Positions 33,446 to 44,216 of a stretch of DNA of 46,349 bases are shown in pieces (position 1 is the first letter of the stretch; each line of letters begins with the position of its first letter). A program made the position numbers and the translations under genes. This DNA comes from a virus. Lineage: Duplodnaviria; Caudoviricetes. Under the pieces are notes generated by a model. That model was given only the letters and a program-made list of their open reading frames with translations, searched no databases and was not told where the DNA came from. The stretch lies in IMG/VR virus record IMGVR_UViG_3300014208_001435, positions 1 through 46,349 of that record; one strand, given 5' to 3'.

Positions 33446-35722
33446 ATGGCTTCAGGTAACGCCATCCGCGCCGGACGCGCTTTTGTTGAGCTGTTTCTTG
33501 ATGATAAACAGCTTAAACAGGGCTTTTCCGGCGTCAAAAAATATGCCGGGGAATTCGGCGCCCAGTTCAAGGGCATGGGGGCCGGACTCGGCGTGGTCTC
33601 CGCCGCCATCGGCGGGGCGCTCCTCTATTCCGCGTACACCGTGCGCGGTTACGCCGCCGCCGTCGCGCAGGTCGGCAACCTGACCAGTGCCACCGCCGAT
33701 GAACTCGATAAACTCGACAAGCAGGGCCGCATCACCGGGCGCAACACCGCCGACAATATCGACGAGATCGGCGCCGCGATGGTGGAGCTCGCGAAACACA
33801 AATTCACGCCGTCCGAAATCGGGCGCGAACTCGGCGGCATCAACAATCTGGCCGACGCTTTAAGCACCGACATGGCGACCGCCGCGCGCGTCGCCGGGGG
33901 AACGCTCCAGTCGTTCCGCCTGGACGCCGCGCATACCGCCGAAGTCACCGACTATCTGGCGCTCTCCGCGCTGCGTTCCGGCATGGGACTCGAGGAACTC
34001 GCCGCCGGTCTCCATACCGTCGCGCCGCTGGCCGTCGCCGCCGGGGCGGGGCTGAAGGACACGCTCGCGCAGCTCGTCGCGCTGAAACTGATGGGCTTTG
34101 ACGGCGCGGAAGCCGGCACCGCCCTCGCGGCGGCGTACAAGAATATCGCCAAGTCCGAAGTCAATCAGTATCTGAAATCGCTCGGCGTGGACGCCCGCGA
34201 CTCCTCCGGCAATCTCAAGAGCCTGACGACTATCCTGAACGATATCGCCGCCGTCGGCGCGAAACTCGGCTCCGGCGCCCGGCTGCAGCTCTTCGAGAAG
34301 ATTTTCGGCAAAGGCGTCGCCGGAGCCTCCGCCCTCGCCTCCGGCGTCGCGCCGCTGAAAAAATTCCAGGCGGAACTGGACAATGCCGCCGGCACCGCCG
34401 CCAATGCGGCGGAACGCATCGACAAGACCATCGGCAAGCAGATGGATAAACTCAAGAACGCCGTCCGCGGCCCCGCCGTCGAACTCGGCCACGCCCTCAC
34501 CCCCGCGCTGACGGACCTTAACGGCGTCGTCGGGCCGGTGATGAACGCGCTGTCCGGCTTCATCGCGCTGCATAAGGACTGGATCGACAAACTGGTAAGG
34601 CTCTATCCGCTGCTGCCCGCCGTCGCCGGCGGTTTGTACGCGATGGGCGTTGCCGCGAATGTGATGGGCGGCTCGATTAAAAATATATCCGCCACCCTCG
34701 GGTTATTTCATTCGCTCGTGATGATCGCGTTTAATCCCGCCTTCTGGACCATCGCCGGTATTGCCGTGCTGGTCGCCGCGCTTGGCGGACTGACCTATTA
34801 TCTGTTGCGGAATACCGAAGCGTGGGCTTCCTGGAAATCCGGACTGTCCGGTATCTTTGAACTGCTCACCCGCGAATCCGGCACCGCTTTCGACGCCATT
34901 AAAACCGCCATCAGCGGCGGCGACCTGCAGGGCGCGTGGGAAGTGTTCTGCACGTTCCTGAACATGAAGTGGACGGAAACATGGAACGCCGTTTATGACT
35001 ACTGGGCGATCATTAAAAACGGCCTGCAGAATTCCATTCTGGATTTTGCGGAATCGTTCGCGATCGCGCTGGTCCGGGCGGTGGAACCCGTCAAACTCGC
35101 CTGGGCGGAACTAGCCGGATTCTTTGAACGTCTCTGGAACGGTATTCTTGACAAGTATGTGGACGCCCAGAACGCCATCATCAAACTTTACAACAAGATT
35201 CCCGGCGTCGAACTGCCGCTGATCCCGAAAACGCAGAATGCCGACACGGTCAACCAGCAGAGCCGCGATAAACAGTCCGCCCGCGAAGCGCAGATCACCG
35301 ACATGACGCAGATCAAAATCCAGCAGATCCGGCAGGGCATCGGCGGACAGCAGGCGGCCAATGACGCGGAACTACAAAAAACGCTCAAGGAATCATCCGA
35401 AATCGTTAAACGCTCCGCCGCCGAATTTCATGCGGCGGTGGACAAAGTCAATCAGAATGACCTGCTCCGCAGGATAGACCAGGAACTCATCGACGCGTTC
35501 AGGGAGATCGACGCCCCGGTGCGCGCCGCCGCGCAGGCCGCTTCCGGCGCGGGCGAACTCGCCGTCGGCTACGGCGCGTCGGGTTCATTCCTCGCCGGCG
35601 AGGCGCAGCAGGCTTCCTCCGGCGGCGGCATCCAGAAACAGATGCTGGACACCAGCACCCAGATTGCGAGCAACACCCGCGAGATCGCCAACGCCGCCCG
35701 TAACGGCTTGGCCTTTGTTTAA
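33446..35722 (+). CDS. Tape measure protein (TP901-type core)
   Basis: AIRAGRAFVEL start, GAEAGTAL, LGVDARDSSGNLKSL, Ala/Gly-rich helices, periodic Trp. Confidence 0.9.
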   Translation: MASGNAIRAGRAFVELFLDDKQLKQGFSGVKKYAGEFGAQFKGMGAGLGVVSAAIGGALLYSAYTVRGYAAAVAQVGNLTSATADELDKLDKQGRITGRNTADNIDEIGAAMVELAKHKFTPSEIGRELGGINNLADALSTDMATAARVAGGTLQSFRLDAAHTAEVTDYLALSALRSGMGLEELAAGLHTVAPLAVAAGAGLKDTLAQLVALKLMGFDGAEAGTALAAAYKNIAKSEVNQYLKSLGVDARDSSGNLKSLTTILNDIAAVGAKLGSGARLQLFEKIFGKGVAGASALASGVAPLKKFQAELDNAAGTAANAAERIDKTIGKQMDKLKNAVRGPAVELGHALTPALTDLNGVVGPVMNALSGFIALHKDWIDKLVRLYPLLPAVAGGLYAMGVAANVMGGSIKNISATLGLFHSLVMIAFNPAFWTIAGIAVLVAALGGLTYYLLRNTEAWASWKSGLSGIFELLTRESGTAFDAIKTAISGGDLQGAWEVFCTFLNMKWTETWNAVYDYWAIIKNGLQNSILDFAESFAIALVRAVEPVKLAWAELAGFFERLWNGILDKYVDAQNAIIKLYNKIPGVELPLIPKTQNADTVNQQSRDKQSAREAQITDMTQIKIQQIRQGIGGQQAANDAELQKTLKESSEIVKRSAAEFHAAVDKVNQNDLLRRIDQELIDAFREIDAPVRAAAQAASGAGELAVGYGASGSFLAGEAQQASSGGGIQKQMLDTSTQIASNTREIANAARNGLAFV

Positions 35723-35846
35723 AACCAGCAGTCAGGAGTCAGGAGACAGGAGTCAGAATGAAAACTTTAAAACTTAAAACCGGTTCCGTTTCGTCCGTTG
35801 TGTCCATATCGTCCATAATGTCCATAACGTCCATCAGGTTTGCACT

Positions 35847-36665
35847 ATGACCATCAAAATTCAGGAAGATCCCAAATCCCGTTCATGGGAATGGAACAAA
35901 CGCTACACCCTGCTCTTTCACGCGCAGGGTTCCGCCGATCCCGCCGCGATTGCGACGGCAATTGACGGCTATATCACGACCAACGCCGTGCCGGTGCTGT
36001 TCGATCTCAGCGCCAAGCGCGTCGAGGCGGTCGTCGCGGCGGACGGCATGCCCGACTTCTGCGCGTGGAACTGCACCTGGGAATATGCCCCGACCGACGT
36101 CCAGACTCCCGTCGTCGAATTTGATTCGCGGATGAGTTTCTCCACCGGCGGCGGCACGAAGCACATGACCGAGAGCCTGGCGACGCTGTCCTCCGCCGGC
36201 GGCATGAATTTCGGCAACCTGATCAACGTCACCGATTCCGGCGTAAACGGCGTGGACGTCTCCGCGCCGCAGGGCAAATTTTCCTTCACCACCCGGAAAT
36301 CATGGTCCGCCGTCATGGGCGACTACGGACGAAGCCTCGTCGCGATGACCGGACGCATCAATTCCGACGCCTTCAAAGGCTACGGCGTCAAGGAACTGCT
36401 GTTCCTCGGCGCCTCCGGCACCGCGCCCCGCGTCTCGTCCGACTTCACGCTGACTTTTGAATTTGCCTACAACCCCGGACAGACCGATATCGCCGTCGGC
36501 GATCTTACCGTCGACTTCAAAGCCGGATGGGATTATCTGTGGCACTTCGACAAAAAAACGCTGGCCACCACGTCCGGCGGCCTTACTTATTTTTACACGA
36601 AACCCGTCGCCGCGTTCGTGGAACAGGTCTACGAACTGGCGGCGTTTTCCGCCTTAGGCATTTAA
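35847..36665 (+). CDS. Distal tail/baseplate protein
   Basis: First gene after tape measure; ELLFLGASG and KAGWDYLW. Confidence 0.65.
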   Translation: MTIKIQEDPKSRSWEWNKRYTLLFHAQGSADPAAIATAIDGYITTNAVPVLFDLSAKRVEAVVAADGMPDFCAWNCTWEYAPTDVQTPVVEFDSRMSFSTGGGTKHMTESLATLSSAGGMNFGNLINVTDSGVNGVDVSAPQGKFSFTTRKSWSAVMGDYGRSLVAMTGRINSDAFKGYGVKELLFLGASGTAPRVSSDFTLTFEFAYNPGQTDIAVGDLTVDFKAGWDYLWHFDKKTLATTSGGLTYFYTKPVAAFVEQVYELAAFSALGI

Positions 36666-36707
36666 AACCAGAAGTCAGGAGACTTCCAAAAAAAGGAAAA
36701 AATTATT

Positions 36708-37064
36708 ATGCTGTCCAATCTGTTAAGAAGAATGCTCGACCCGCGCGCCGGCGAGAGCGTCGTCGTCATCGAAAACCTCGGCATCCCGCAGGCCACCGCC
36801 AAAGCCGCGCTGACGGAGGACAGCGCCCTGGCCGATCTGCTCGGCGCGGAACTGCCCGACGACGCCGGGCGCGTCTCCGTGCTGGTGCATTCCGGTGCCG
36901 TCCACGTCAATTATGACGCGGCGGCAACCGCCGCCAACGCCGACATCGGCGGCGGCTTCGATTTCTTCGGCCCTAAATCCGAACTCGACAAAGTCCGCCT
37001 GATCAACGCCGGCGCGACCGCCGTCTCGGTCTTCGTCTACCGGGTGCTCGCCAAAAATATCTAA
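36708..37064 (+). CDS. Hypothetical structural-region protein
   Basis: AAGGA RBS, co-oriented. Confidence 0.6.
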   Translation: MLSNLLRRMLDPRAGESVVVIENLGIPQATAKAALTEDSALADLLGAELPDDAGRVSVLVHSGAVHVNYDAAATAANADIGGGFDFFGPKSELDKVRLINAGATAVSVFVYRVLAKNI

Positions 37065-37157
37065 TAGTGAATAGTGAATTGTGAATTGTAAATAGTGAAT
37101 TGTGGCTGTTGCTAATCACCAATCACCAGTCACCAGTCACCAAAAAGGAGGTTCCCC

Positions 37158-37373
37158 ATGCTAAACCGATCACGCGGCGGCCCGGTCGCCAAATCCGGCG
37201 GTGTCTCGCTCGATGACGTCATTTCGCTGCTCGACGACAAAGCCGATAAAATCGGAGCCGACGACATCGAAATCACCGATGCCGCGAAAGGCATTATCCG
37301 CAAATCCCCCGACGGCACCCGCCGCCGGGAAACCCTCGACAACGACGGTACCATAACCAGAGAGGTGCTCTAA
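37158..37373 (+). CDS. Small tail-associated protein
   Basis: AGGAGG RBS; IEITDAAKGIIRKSPDGTR. Confidence 0.65.
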   Translation: MLNRSRGGPVAKSGGVSLDDVISLLDDKADKIGADDIEITDAAKGIIRKSPDGTRRRETLDNDGTITREVL

Positions 37374-38779
37374 TGAATATTATTTTCAATTTGCTTTCTT
37401 GCTTTTCTCGCTTTTTACTTGCGGCACAGCCGCACACTTTCCGGCTCCGCCGGTACTTTTCTCGCTTTTCTCGCTTTCCCGTTCCCCTCCTCGCCGCCGT
37501 CTGCCTGCTCGCGCTGACGCTGCTGCTGTTCACCGGCGGCGCCAAAGTCACCGACCTGGTCTACAATACCGACACCCATGTCTGCGACGCCTACGTCAAT
37601 TTCACCCAGATGTACGAAAACGGCATCCGTCCCCGGTCGGAGCGCGCCCTGATCTGGGCGCAGTTCGCCAGCTATCAGCAGAATCTGGGCTTCACCCCGG
37701 AGAACGCCGCCAACAAGTCCGCTGACGTCGACACGGATAAAACCTCCACCGTCAAATATCCCACGACCAAAGCGGTATTTGATTATGTTGCCGCGCACAG
37801 CGGCGGAGCGTACAGCATACATACACTGGGGACCAGCGGAACCATCACGGTAGACCGCAGCGTATCGGATAAGTTTACTATTGCACCGGCGGGGGCGGTG
37901 ACGCTGGCGGATGCCGGATTCACTGATTTATTGTCCGCGGAACTGCAAGTAACGAACGGAAGCGCCTATGTCAGTTATCCCGTGACATGGACATGGACAA
38001 CTGCAATACCGACGCTCGGAGTTGCGGGCTATGATTACGCTACCGGAGCGGCGGCGGACAGTTTTACGATGCTGTTACTGAAAAAAGTAAACGGGAAAAT
38101 TTATGTCACTCCCGAAATTACTTATACCGCACTTCCCGCCGCCGCAGTCTGGCTTAAAGCCGATGCAATTTCGGGGAATAACAATGATTTGATTTCATCC
38201 TGGACCGACAGCAGCGGCAATTCCAAAACTGCGACCCAGAGCACGGAGGCTAATCAACCGTGTCTTAAAACCAATGTGCTTAACGGAAAACCTGCGGTTT
38301 ATTTCGACGGCAGCCGCTACCTGAACATTCCGGCGTTTACAGCATCAGCGATAACTTATTATATCGTGATCAAAAAAGATACCACCAATCAGGGCGGTTT
38401 ATGGTGTATGGGCAACGATGCAGGAGGAAGCGGCACTTGGATGACTTATGGCGGTACTATTTACGAATCAGCCGGGTGCGCCACACGACACGATTCGATA
38501 AGTATCGGAGCAACAACCCTGACAGATTTCAATATCTACAGCGTTAAATCATCCGGTTCGCTATACGAAGTAGCCATGAATAAAAATGTATTGTTCACCA
38601 CCACCAGCAACACCGTGCAATTAAGCTCATCGCCGGTACTTGGATACAGCAACGGCGGCTTAGCCTATGCCTTCACGGGATATATAGCTGAATTCATTGC
38701 AGTGCCGAAGGCGGTTTCATCCGCAGAAAATACGGCTTTTTTAAATTATTTATCCGTAAAATACGGTATAACACTTTAA
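37373..38779 (+). CDS. Tail fibre/receptor-binding-like protein with LamG/ConA-like C-terminal domain
   Basis: VWLKADAI...SSWTDSSGNS, NGKPAVYFDG, FTGYIAEFI, YLSVKYGI; N-terminus includes a family A repeat. Confidence 0.7.
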   Translation: MNIIFNLLSCFSRFLLAAQPHTFRLRRYFSRFSRFPVPLLAAVCLLALTLLLFTGGAKVTDLVYNTDTHVCDAYVNFTQMYENGIRPRSERALIWAQFASYQQNLGFTPENAANKSADVDTDKTSTVKYPTTKAVFDYVAAHSGGAYSIHTLGTSGTITVDRSVSDKFTIAPAGAVTLADAGFTDLLSAELQVTNGSAYVSYPVTWTWTTAIPTLGVAGYDYATGAAADSFTMLLLKKVNGKIYVTPEITYTALPAAAVWLKADAISGNNNDLISSWTDSSGNSKTATQSTEANQPCLKTNVLNGKPAVYFDGSRYLNIPAFTASAITYYIVIKKDTTNQGGLWCMGNDAGGSGTWMTYGGTIYESAGCATRHDSISIGATTLTDFNIYSVKSSGSLYEVAMNKNVLFTTTSNTVQLSSSPVLGYSNGGLAYAFTGYIAEFIAVPKAVSSAENTAFLNYLSVKYGITL

Positions 38780-38791
38780 GGGAGATTGATC

Positions 38792-39274
38792 ATGAAAAGA
38801 CTTTTTGTTTTACTGTTCATACTGCTGTCCGCCGCATTATTTGCCGGGGACCGCTGCGCCAGATATAACATCGGCGACACTCTGCCGAATTATCTGCTCA
38901 AGGACGGATACATGGTTCCGGTCTGCCAGGAGAACTTTTCGCGGCTCGGAATTCTGGTCAGGGTGGACGCGGCGCCGGATGCAGGCAAACTCATCACGCG
39001 GTCGCACGGCGAACTCACCGGCGGCGAATGGCGGGAGATCATCGACGAGCAGTTGACGCAGGCGGAGATTGATGCGCGGAATCCGGCAACGGCTTTAGAA
39101 GCCGCGCTGGCGGCGGAGATTGCCAGTCTCAACACCTTGTATCCAGAGCTGAATTTAACCGTCAATGACACGCTGGCGACGGCGATTCCGAAGTTATTCG
39201 CGGCGGGCGTGACGAAGGCGGAAGCCAACTACCTGAATACTTTATATCAAGCCATCAAAGCCGCCGGAAAATAA
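38792..39274 (+). CDS. Hypothetical protein with signal peptide
   Basis: MKRLFVLLFILLSAALFA. Confidence 0.65.
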   Translation: MKRLFVLLFILLSAALFAGDRCARYNIGDTLPNYLLKDGYMVPVCQENFSRLGILVRVDAAPDAGKLITRSHGELTGGEWREIIDEQLTQAEIDARNPATALEAALAAEIASLNTLYPELNLTVNDTLATAIPKLFAAGVTKAEANYLNTLYQAIKAAGK

Positions 39275-39308
39275 TTTCATTTCTTTGTTAAAATAAGGAT
39301 TTCAAACC

Positions 39309-39782
39309 ATGAACAAAACGTTGCAGCATATCTGTCAACTCATCAGCCAGATCGCGTTCCTCGCGCTGGACACGCCGAAAAACTTCTATCTGCTGACCAA
39401 TGAGAAGATTGCCGAGGTTTACAACGGGGCCGGACCCGACTGGATGAGCGGGTTTGAGCGCAGAATCCTTACTTTCCTGCTGCGCTACTTCGCGGCCGCG
39501 TTCGTGATCCATGATGTGGAGTATTATTTCAACCAGGACACCGCCGACACCCCGGCCAACCGCGCCCGGTTCCATGCCGCGAACGCCCGGATGTGGCGCA
39601 ATATCAAACTCATCAACGCCGCGCTGTGGGGCTGGTACAATCCCCGCCGCTGGTACTGGCGCTCCAAAGGCTGGATCGCCTACCAGGCCTGCGAAAAATT
39701 CGGCTGGTCCGCCTGGATCGCCGTCGGCTCCGAAAAGAATGCCACCGTACTCAGCGTTAAACAATCCATAATCAACACATAA
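39309..39782 (+). CDS. Conserved phage protein (NGAGP...IHDVEY type)
   Basis: HD motif, Trp-rich; function unknown. Confidence 0.6.
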   Translation: MNKTLQHICQLISQIAFLALDTPKNFYLLTNEKIAEVYNGAGPDWMSGFERRILTFLLRYFAAAFVIHDVEYYFNQDTADTPANRARFHAANARMWRNIKLINAALWGWYNPRRWYWRSKGWIAYQACEKFGWSAWIAVGSEKNATVLSVKQSIINT

Positions 39783-39813
39783 CTGCCGCGGGGAGCGGCG
39801 AAAGAGCAGCAAT

Positions 39814-40221
39814 ATGGCGAACATAAATGAAACGCTGATGACCATCAGCAATGATGTTGCCGTCACTAAAAACACCATCCGCTATGTTCGCCAGGCGCAG
39901 ATTGAAATTAAAAAAAGCATGTTCGGCGCGGACGGCACCGGCGGGATGCTGGGAACGCTCAACACTTTGAAAAATGATCTTAAAAAAGAATCGGAAGAGC
40001 ATAAAGCCTGCATGATTATCCGCTCCAAACTTGAAGAGGAGGTGAAAATGCTCAAAGAACATAAAAAAGAGCAGGACCGCATTAAAGCCGAAAAAAAAGC
40101 CCGGTTCAAAGTCGCCTGTTATCTGCTCACGGTCAGCGGGGTGACGCTGGCCGGAACCTTCGCCAGTTTAAAATGGATATGGAAAATTATCAGGCCTTTT
40201 TTAACCGACAACCCGCAATAA
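39814..40221 (+). CDS. Coiled-coil protein with C-terminal transmembrane segment (holin-like position)
   Basis: K/E coiled coil followed by VACYLLTVSGVTLAGTFASLKWIW. Confidence 0.55.
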   Translation: MANINETLMTISNDVAVTKNTIRYVRQAQIEIKKSMFGADGTGGMLGTLNTLKNDLKKESEEHKACMIIRSKLEEEVKMLKEHKKEQDRIKAEKKARFKVACYLLTVSGVTLAGTFASLKWIWKIIRPFLTDNPQ

Positions 40222-40291
40222 AATGTAACTTTAACCCGTCCGGCGGGTCCGCCAGGTCCGACCCGCCAGACACTTAACTGGAGGTTTTTGA

Positions 40292-41083
40292 ATGATCAAA
40301 CGAATCTACAACCTGAAACTGTCGCCCACCGTCGGCCGCATCCCGTTCATGGTTCCGCGCCATATCGACATGGCGAATGTGCCCGACACCGATGTGTCGA
40401 AAGACATTCCCTACACGCTGGACCAGGGACAGGAGGGCAGTTGCGTCTTTCACGCCTGCGGCGTGGCCATGTGCCATGTGGACTGCAAACTCCACCCGGC
40501 CACCGGGTTCATCAAGCCCGCCATCAACGCCCCGTACTACCAGTACCGGAAGAAACACAACTGCGTCAATCAGGACACCGGGGCCTCCGGCTACGAATAC
40601 TGCCAGATCGTCCGGGAATACGGCCTCGGACCGGCGTCGCTGAACCCCTACGGCCCGGCCACGTTCAAAACCCCGCCGTCCGCCGCCTACATGAAAGCGG
40701 CGATCCAGAACCAGCTTCTGGAGTTCCAGCAGATTCCCGTGACGGATAAGGCCGGGGCCATCGCCACCATGCGCGCCGCGCTGCATGCCAACGGCTTCGG
40801 CCTGCCCATCGGCATCCAGGTGCCGGCGGATTTTGAGTCGGACGCCGTCGCCCGCACCGGACTCTATATGAAGTCAAATTTCAAAAATATCCAGGGCGGC
40901 CACGAAGTCTATTACGTGGGATCTTACCATAATGTGCCGGAACCCTATGAACTCCTGCTGAACTCCTGGGGCGATCAGTGGGGCTGCAAAGGCCTGAACG
41001 GCCTGCGCGGCTTCGTCAAAGTATCGACCGCCGTGCTGATGCGCATCCTGCTCGAAGCCAACGTCCTGACCAAAACTGAATAA
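40292..41083 (+). CDS. Papain-like C1 cysteine peptidase
   Basis: DQGQEGSCVFHA (Q, C), GGHEVYYVG (H), LNSWGDQWG (N); GGAGG RBS. Confidence 0.85.
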   Translation: MIKRIYNLKLSPTVGRIPFMVPRHIDMANVPDTDVSKDIPYTLDQGQEGSCVFHACGVAMCHVDCKLHPATGFIKPAINAPYYQYRKKHNCVNQDTGASGYEYCQIVREYGLGPASLNPYGPATFKTPPSAAYMKAAIQNQLLEFQQIPVTDKAGAIATMRAALHANGFGLPIGIQVPADFESDAVARTGLYMKSNFKNIQGGHEVYYVGSYHNVPEPYELLLNSWGDQWGCKGLNGLRGFVKVSTAVLMRILLEANVLTKTE

Positions 41084-41152
41084 ACAAGGTGTCAAGCAAG
41101 AAAAGCTAGACAAGTTGAAAGTTTAAAACAAAAGTAAAAAAGGAAAACCAAA

Positions 41153-41719
41153 ATGAAAAACAAGTTCTCTGAAATGGGTTGCGACCGTCTCCTCGCCCTG
41201 CTCTTTATCATGCTGTTTATCTGCATCATCTGCGCGGGGTGTCTGACCAACACCAAAAACAATACCACCACTACCAATTACGACCCGACCGGGCAGATTG
41301 TCCGCAATGTCGTCAAGAATGAACAGGAATCATATTTCGTCTCCACTTATAAGTTTCTGAGCTATGAGATCAATGTCTATGCCCTGGCCGCCAGCATGTA
41401 CGATCCGACGACCGGCAACTTTTCACCATATTTAAAGTTGGGTATTTTTAAGGAAAAATATAAAAGCTTTCCCGTGGTGCCGGGTCAGAGCTTCGGTTCG
41501 ATTGATGAAGAGTATAATTCCGACTGGTGGAGCTGGACTACGTTCTTCACCGGCACGCAGAACAGTTCAACCAGTCTGATCAGCCGGAACATTGTCTATA
41601 TCGGCACCGTGCCGGACGGCAAAAAAGAACTGTCCGTCACTACTGGTTCGGGTGTGGGCCTGACCATTGACAAGCACGGCGTCACCATTCCGAATAACAC
41701 AAAAATCGAACTGAAATAA
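41153..41719 (+). CDS. Putative lipoprotein
   Basis: Hydrophobic leader ending in lipobox-like CAGC. Confidence 0.65.
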   Translation: MKNKFSEMGCDRLLALLFIMLFICIICAGCLTNTKNNTTTTNYDPTGQIVRNVVKNEQESYFVSTYKFLSYEINVYALAASMYDPTTGNFSPYLKLGIFKEKYKSFPVVPGQSFGSIDEEYNSDWWSWTTFFTGTQNSSTSLISRNIVYIGTVPDGKKELSVTTGSGVGLTIDKHGVTIPNNTKIELK

Positions 41720-41805
41720 CCCGGTGCTCAGGCGGTCGATTCTCGGGCTGTTCATTCTGACTCCTGACTGCTGACTCCTGACTTCTATAAATAAGGATTC
41801 CCCCC

Positions 41806-42861
41806 ATGCCGCCACTCGAACACGTCAACCCCGGACAGAAACTCCGCATCCCCGCCGCCACCTTCAACAGCATGGTGGACGCCGCGAAAGACTTCGAAGC
41901 GCGGCAGTCGCGCACCGGCGGCGGGGCGAAAACTTACCGTTCCATCAACCCTGCATTTGTGCTGCTGTCCAATCCGGACGGCGGCAGCTTTGAACGCTTC
42001 CGCGCCGCCGCGCTGGCCGCTCCCGCCATCCCCCCGGATGACCGCGAGGAGGGCGGCGGCCTCGGCGTATTTTTTGACGCCCCGAATTTCGCGGCGGCGC
42101 TGCCGGCGGGAACCCTGACCGAACAGATCGCCGTGCTGGACGAACCGTCCGGCGCGGGCGATACCGCCACCCTCAGCCGCGCCGTTGTCGCCGGCTGCTG
42201 CCCCTGCCGCATCAAAGTCACCGACGAAACCGCGCAGTATGCCCGGACCGATGCCGGACAGACTTACCTGGTCACCGCCGCCGCCGGACAGTTCCGCATC
42301 CTGTGGAAGGAAGCCGATGACGCGCCCGACGGCCTCCGCTGGGCCTACGGCATAGTCAACGCGGTCCCGGCGGAACCCGGCTATACCGGATATTTCAAGG
42401 GCGTGGATGTCTCAACCATCGCCGGGATGAAAATATCCGTCATTGACGGCTACAGCGCGGATGAGGAGTTGTGCGGCTATGTGTACATCGACCAGTATTA
42501 CCCGGTGTATAAAACGGATTTGAATGTCACCATGTCCGGCTATGCGGTGCTGACCATTGACACCACGGACGGCGAGATTGTCAAAACTGTCACCTTTGAA
42601 CACAGCTTTGATTTCAATGCCGCGCCGCAGCCCGACACGCTGTCCATTCCGCTGCTGTTCGTGCTGGTCAACACCGAAGGCACCGAACCGTTCATCCAGG
42701 AGATTCAGCAGCTACAGCACGGCATCCCGTTCCTCTATCTGCTGAAATTCCCGTCGCTGGTGCAGGACTATGACGAAGAGAAGATTCTCGTCATGGTTAT
42801 GGATCACGGCGTCTACAAGTGGGTGGAGGCCGGCAGTTGCGATGAATCGCCGTCCGCCTGA
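41806..42861 (+). CDS. Tail/baseplate structural protein
   Basis: VNPGQKLRIPAATFNSMVDAA start, FRILWKE; ends DESPSA. Confidence 0.65.
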   Translation: MPPLEHVNPGQKLRIPAATFNSMVDAAKDFEARQSRTGGGAKTYRSINPAFVLLSNPDGGSFERFRAAALAAPAIPPDDREEGGGLGVFFDAPNFAAALPAGTLTEQIAVLDEPSGAGDTATLSRAVVAGCCPCRIKVTDETAQYARTDAGQTYLVTAAAGQFRILWKEADDAPDGLRWAYGIVNAVPAEPGYTGYFKGVDVSTIAGMKISVIDGYSADEELCGYVYIDQYYPVYKTDLNVTMSGYAVLTIDTTDGEIVKTVTFEHSFDFNAAPQPDTLSIPLLFVLVNTEGTEPFIQEIQQLQHGIPFLYLLKFPSLVQDYDEEKILVMVMDHGVYKWVEAGSCDESPSA

Positions 42862-42927
42862 CCCGTTTAACCCGTCCGACCCGTCCGGACTGTCCGGCTC
42901 GTCAGACCTTTTTTAAGGATTCCCGCT

Positions 42928-44196
42928 GTGCAAAAATTCTGGTTCAAAAACAGCAAACTGATCTTCACCTCCGGACAGCCCGTCGAGTGTGATCATTGCC
43001 CGTGCGGCTGCGGCTATGTCAATATCACCGGCATGGCCGGTTCGCTCGCATGGGGCAACGGCCTGTATGCTGTTTCCCGGCAGTTGGTTTATTATTTTGA
43101 AACTTCCAAATACGTCTATTTTCTCGGGCGCAATGCCGACAACACCCGGATCATCCGCGTTTCAATCTACCCCGAACTGGTGGAGGGGGAATGCCTGGGC
43201 GTTAATTTTGTCATTCAGATTTATGCGGCGCCGTGGCCGGAACAGTGGAACACCGTGCCCGTGCTGCCGGAAGGCTATCCGGTCACCAACTTTTTGAACC
43301 TGTATTATGAATATTCCGACGCTCTGATTCCGGACTGCGTTGAACATACCGCGGTTAATTTCCGCGAACCCAACTATAATTTAGGCGTGAGCGGACGGGA
43401 TCTGGAATTCACCAGTTATCCGGCGGCGGAGATTGCCGGCATTCTGACTAAGTACAAGCTTAACTGCGGACCTTGCGCGATGGATAATTTATGCGACCGG
43501 GACAACAGCCCCAGCACGTCCGGCAGTGCGTCCGGCTCATCCAGCACGTCCGGTTCCGGCAGCACCCCCAGCCCCAGCGGCCCGAGTCCGTCGCCGCAAC
43601 CCAGTCCCAGCCCGCAGCCGTCGCCGCAGCCGAGCCCGAGCAATCCCAGTCCGCAGCCGAGCCCGTCGCCGTCACCGAGTACCAGCCCGCAGCCGTCGCC
43701 GAGCTCCAGCGCCAGCCCGTCCGGATCGCCCAGCCCCTCGCCCAGCCCGAGCCCCAGCCCGGATTTTGTGCCCGGCTATTATGTGCTGGCGATGACCGTT
43801 TACCGGCCGTGCGGGATTCAGTACGCCGAATGTCCGGACCAGATGTCCATGTCCACCAGTTATTCGAACTGGGAAGTCCGCGACAACTACACCTACGGAC
43901 CGGGCTATCTGTCCGAAGCGCCGGCCGGCGGACTGTCCTGGTGGCAGGGCGAAACTCCCGGACAGCAGTGGAACACCAGCACCTTTGCCGCCTATCACTA
44001 TTTCGGACCTTACGCCACGCTGGAAGATGCTCAGGACTTCTCGGCCACCATCACCGGCGAATACAATAAAGGTCTGGATTTCCCCTGCTATGAAATAATT
44101 GTCGAGAACGGCTGGGGATGGCGCGACGAGTTCACGCTGCCCGCCGCCGTCGTCGGACCGCCCGGACCGCTGCCCGACTATCCCTGTCCGTCTTAA
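42928..44196 (+). CDS. Cys-containing virion-region protein with long Ser/Pro linker
   Basis: CDHCPCGC N-terminus; SPSPQP-type repeats encoded at about 43505-43760. Confidence 0.7.
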   Translation: MQKFWFKNSKLIFTSGQPVECDHCPCGCGYVNITGMAGSLAWGNGLYAVSRQLVYYFETSKYVYFLGRNADNTRIIRVSIYPELVEGECLGVNFVIQIYAAPWPEQWNTVPVLPEGYPVTNFLNLYYEYSDALIPDCVEHTAVNFREPNYNLGVSGRDLEFTSYPAAEIAGILTKYKLNCGPCAMDNLCDRDNSPSTSGSASGSSSTSGSGSTPSPSGPSPSPQPSPSPQPSPQPSPSNPSPQPSPSPSPSTSPQPSPSSSASPSGSPSPSPSPSPSPDFVPGYYVLAMTVYRPCGIQYAECPDQMSMSTSYSNWEVRDNYTYGPGYLSEAPAGGLSWWQGETPGQQWNTSTFAAYHYFGPYATLEDAQDFSATITGEYNKGLDFPCYEIIVENGWGWRDEFTLPAAVVGPPGPLPDYPCPS

Positions 44197-44216
44197 ATTC
44201 AAGGAGAATATATATT

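Noticed and set aside
37373-44196. Diversity-generating retroelement acting on tail or lectin genes
   Set aside because: No reverse transcriptase and no TR/VR pair differing at adenines was seen
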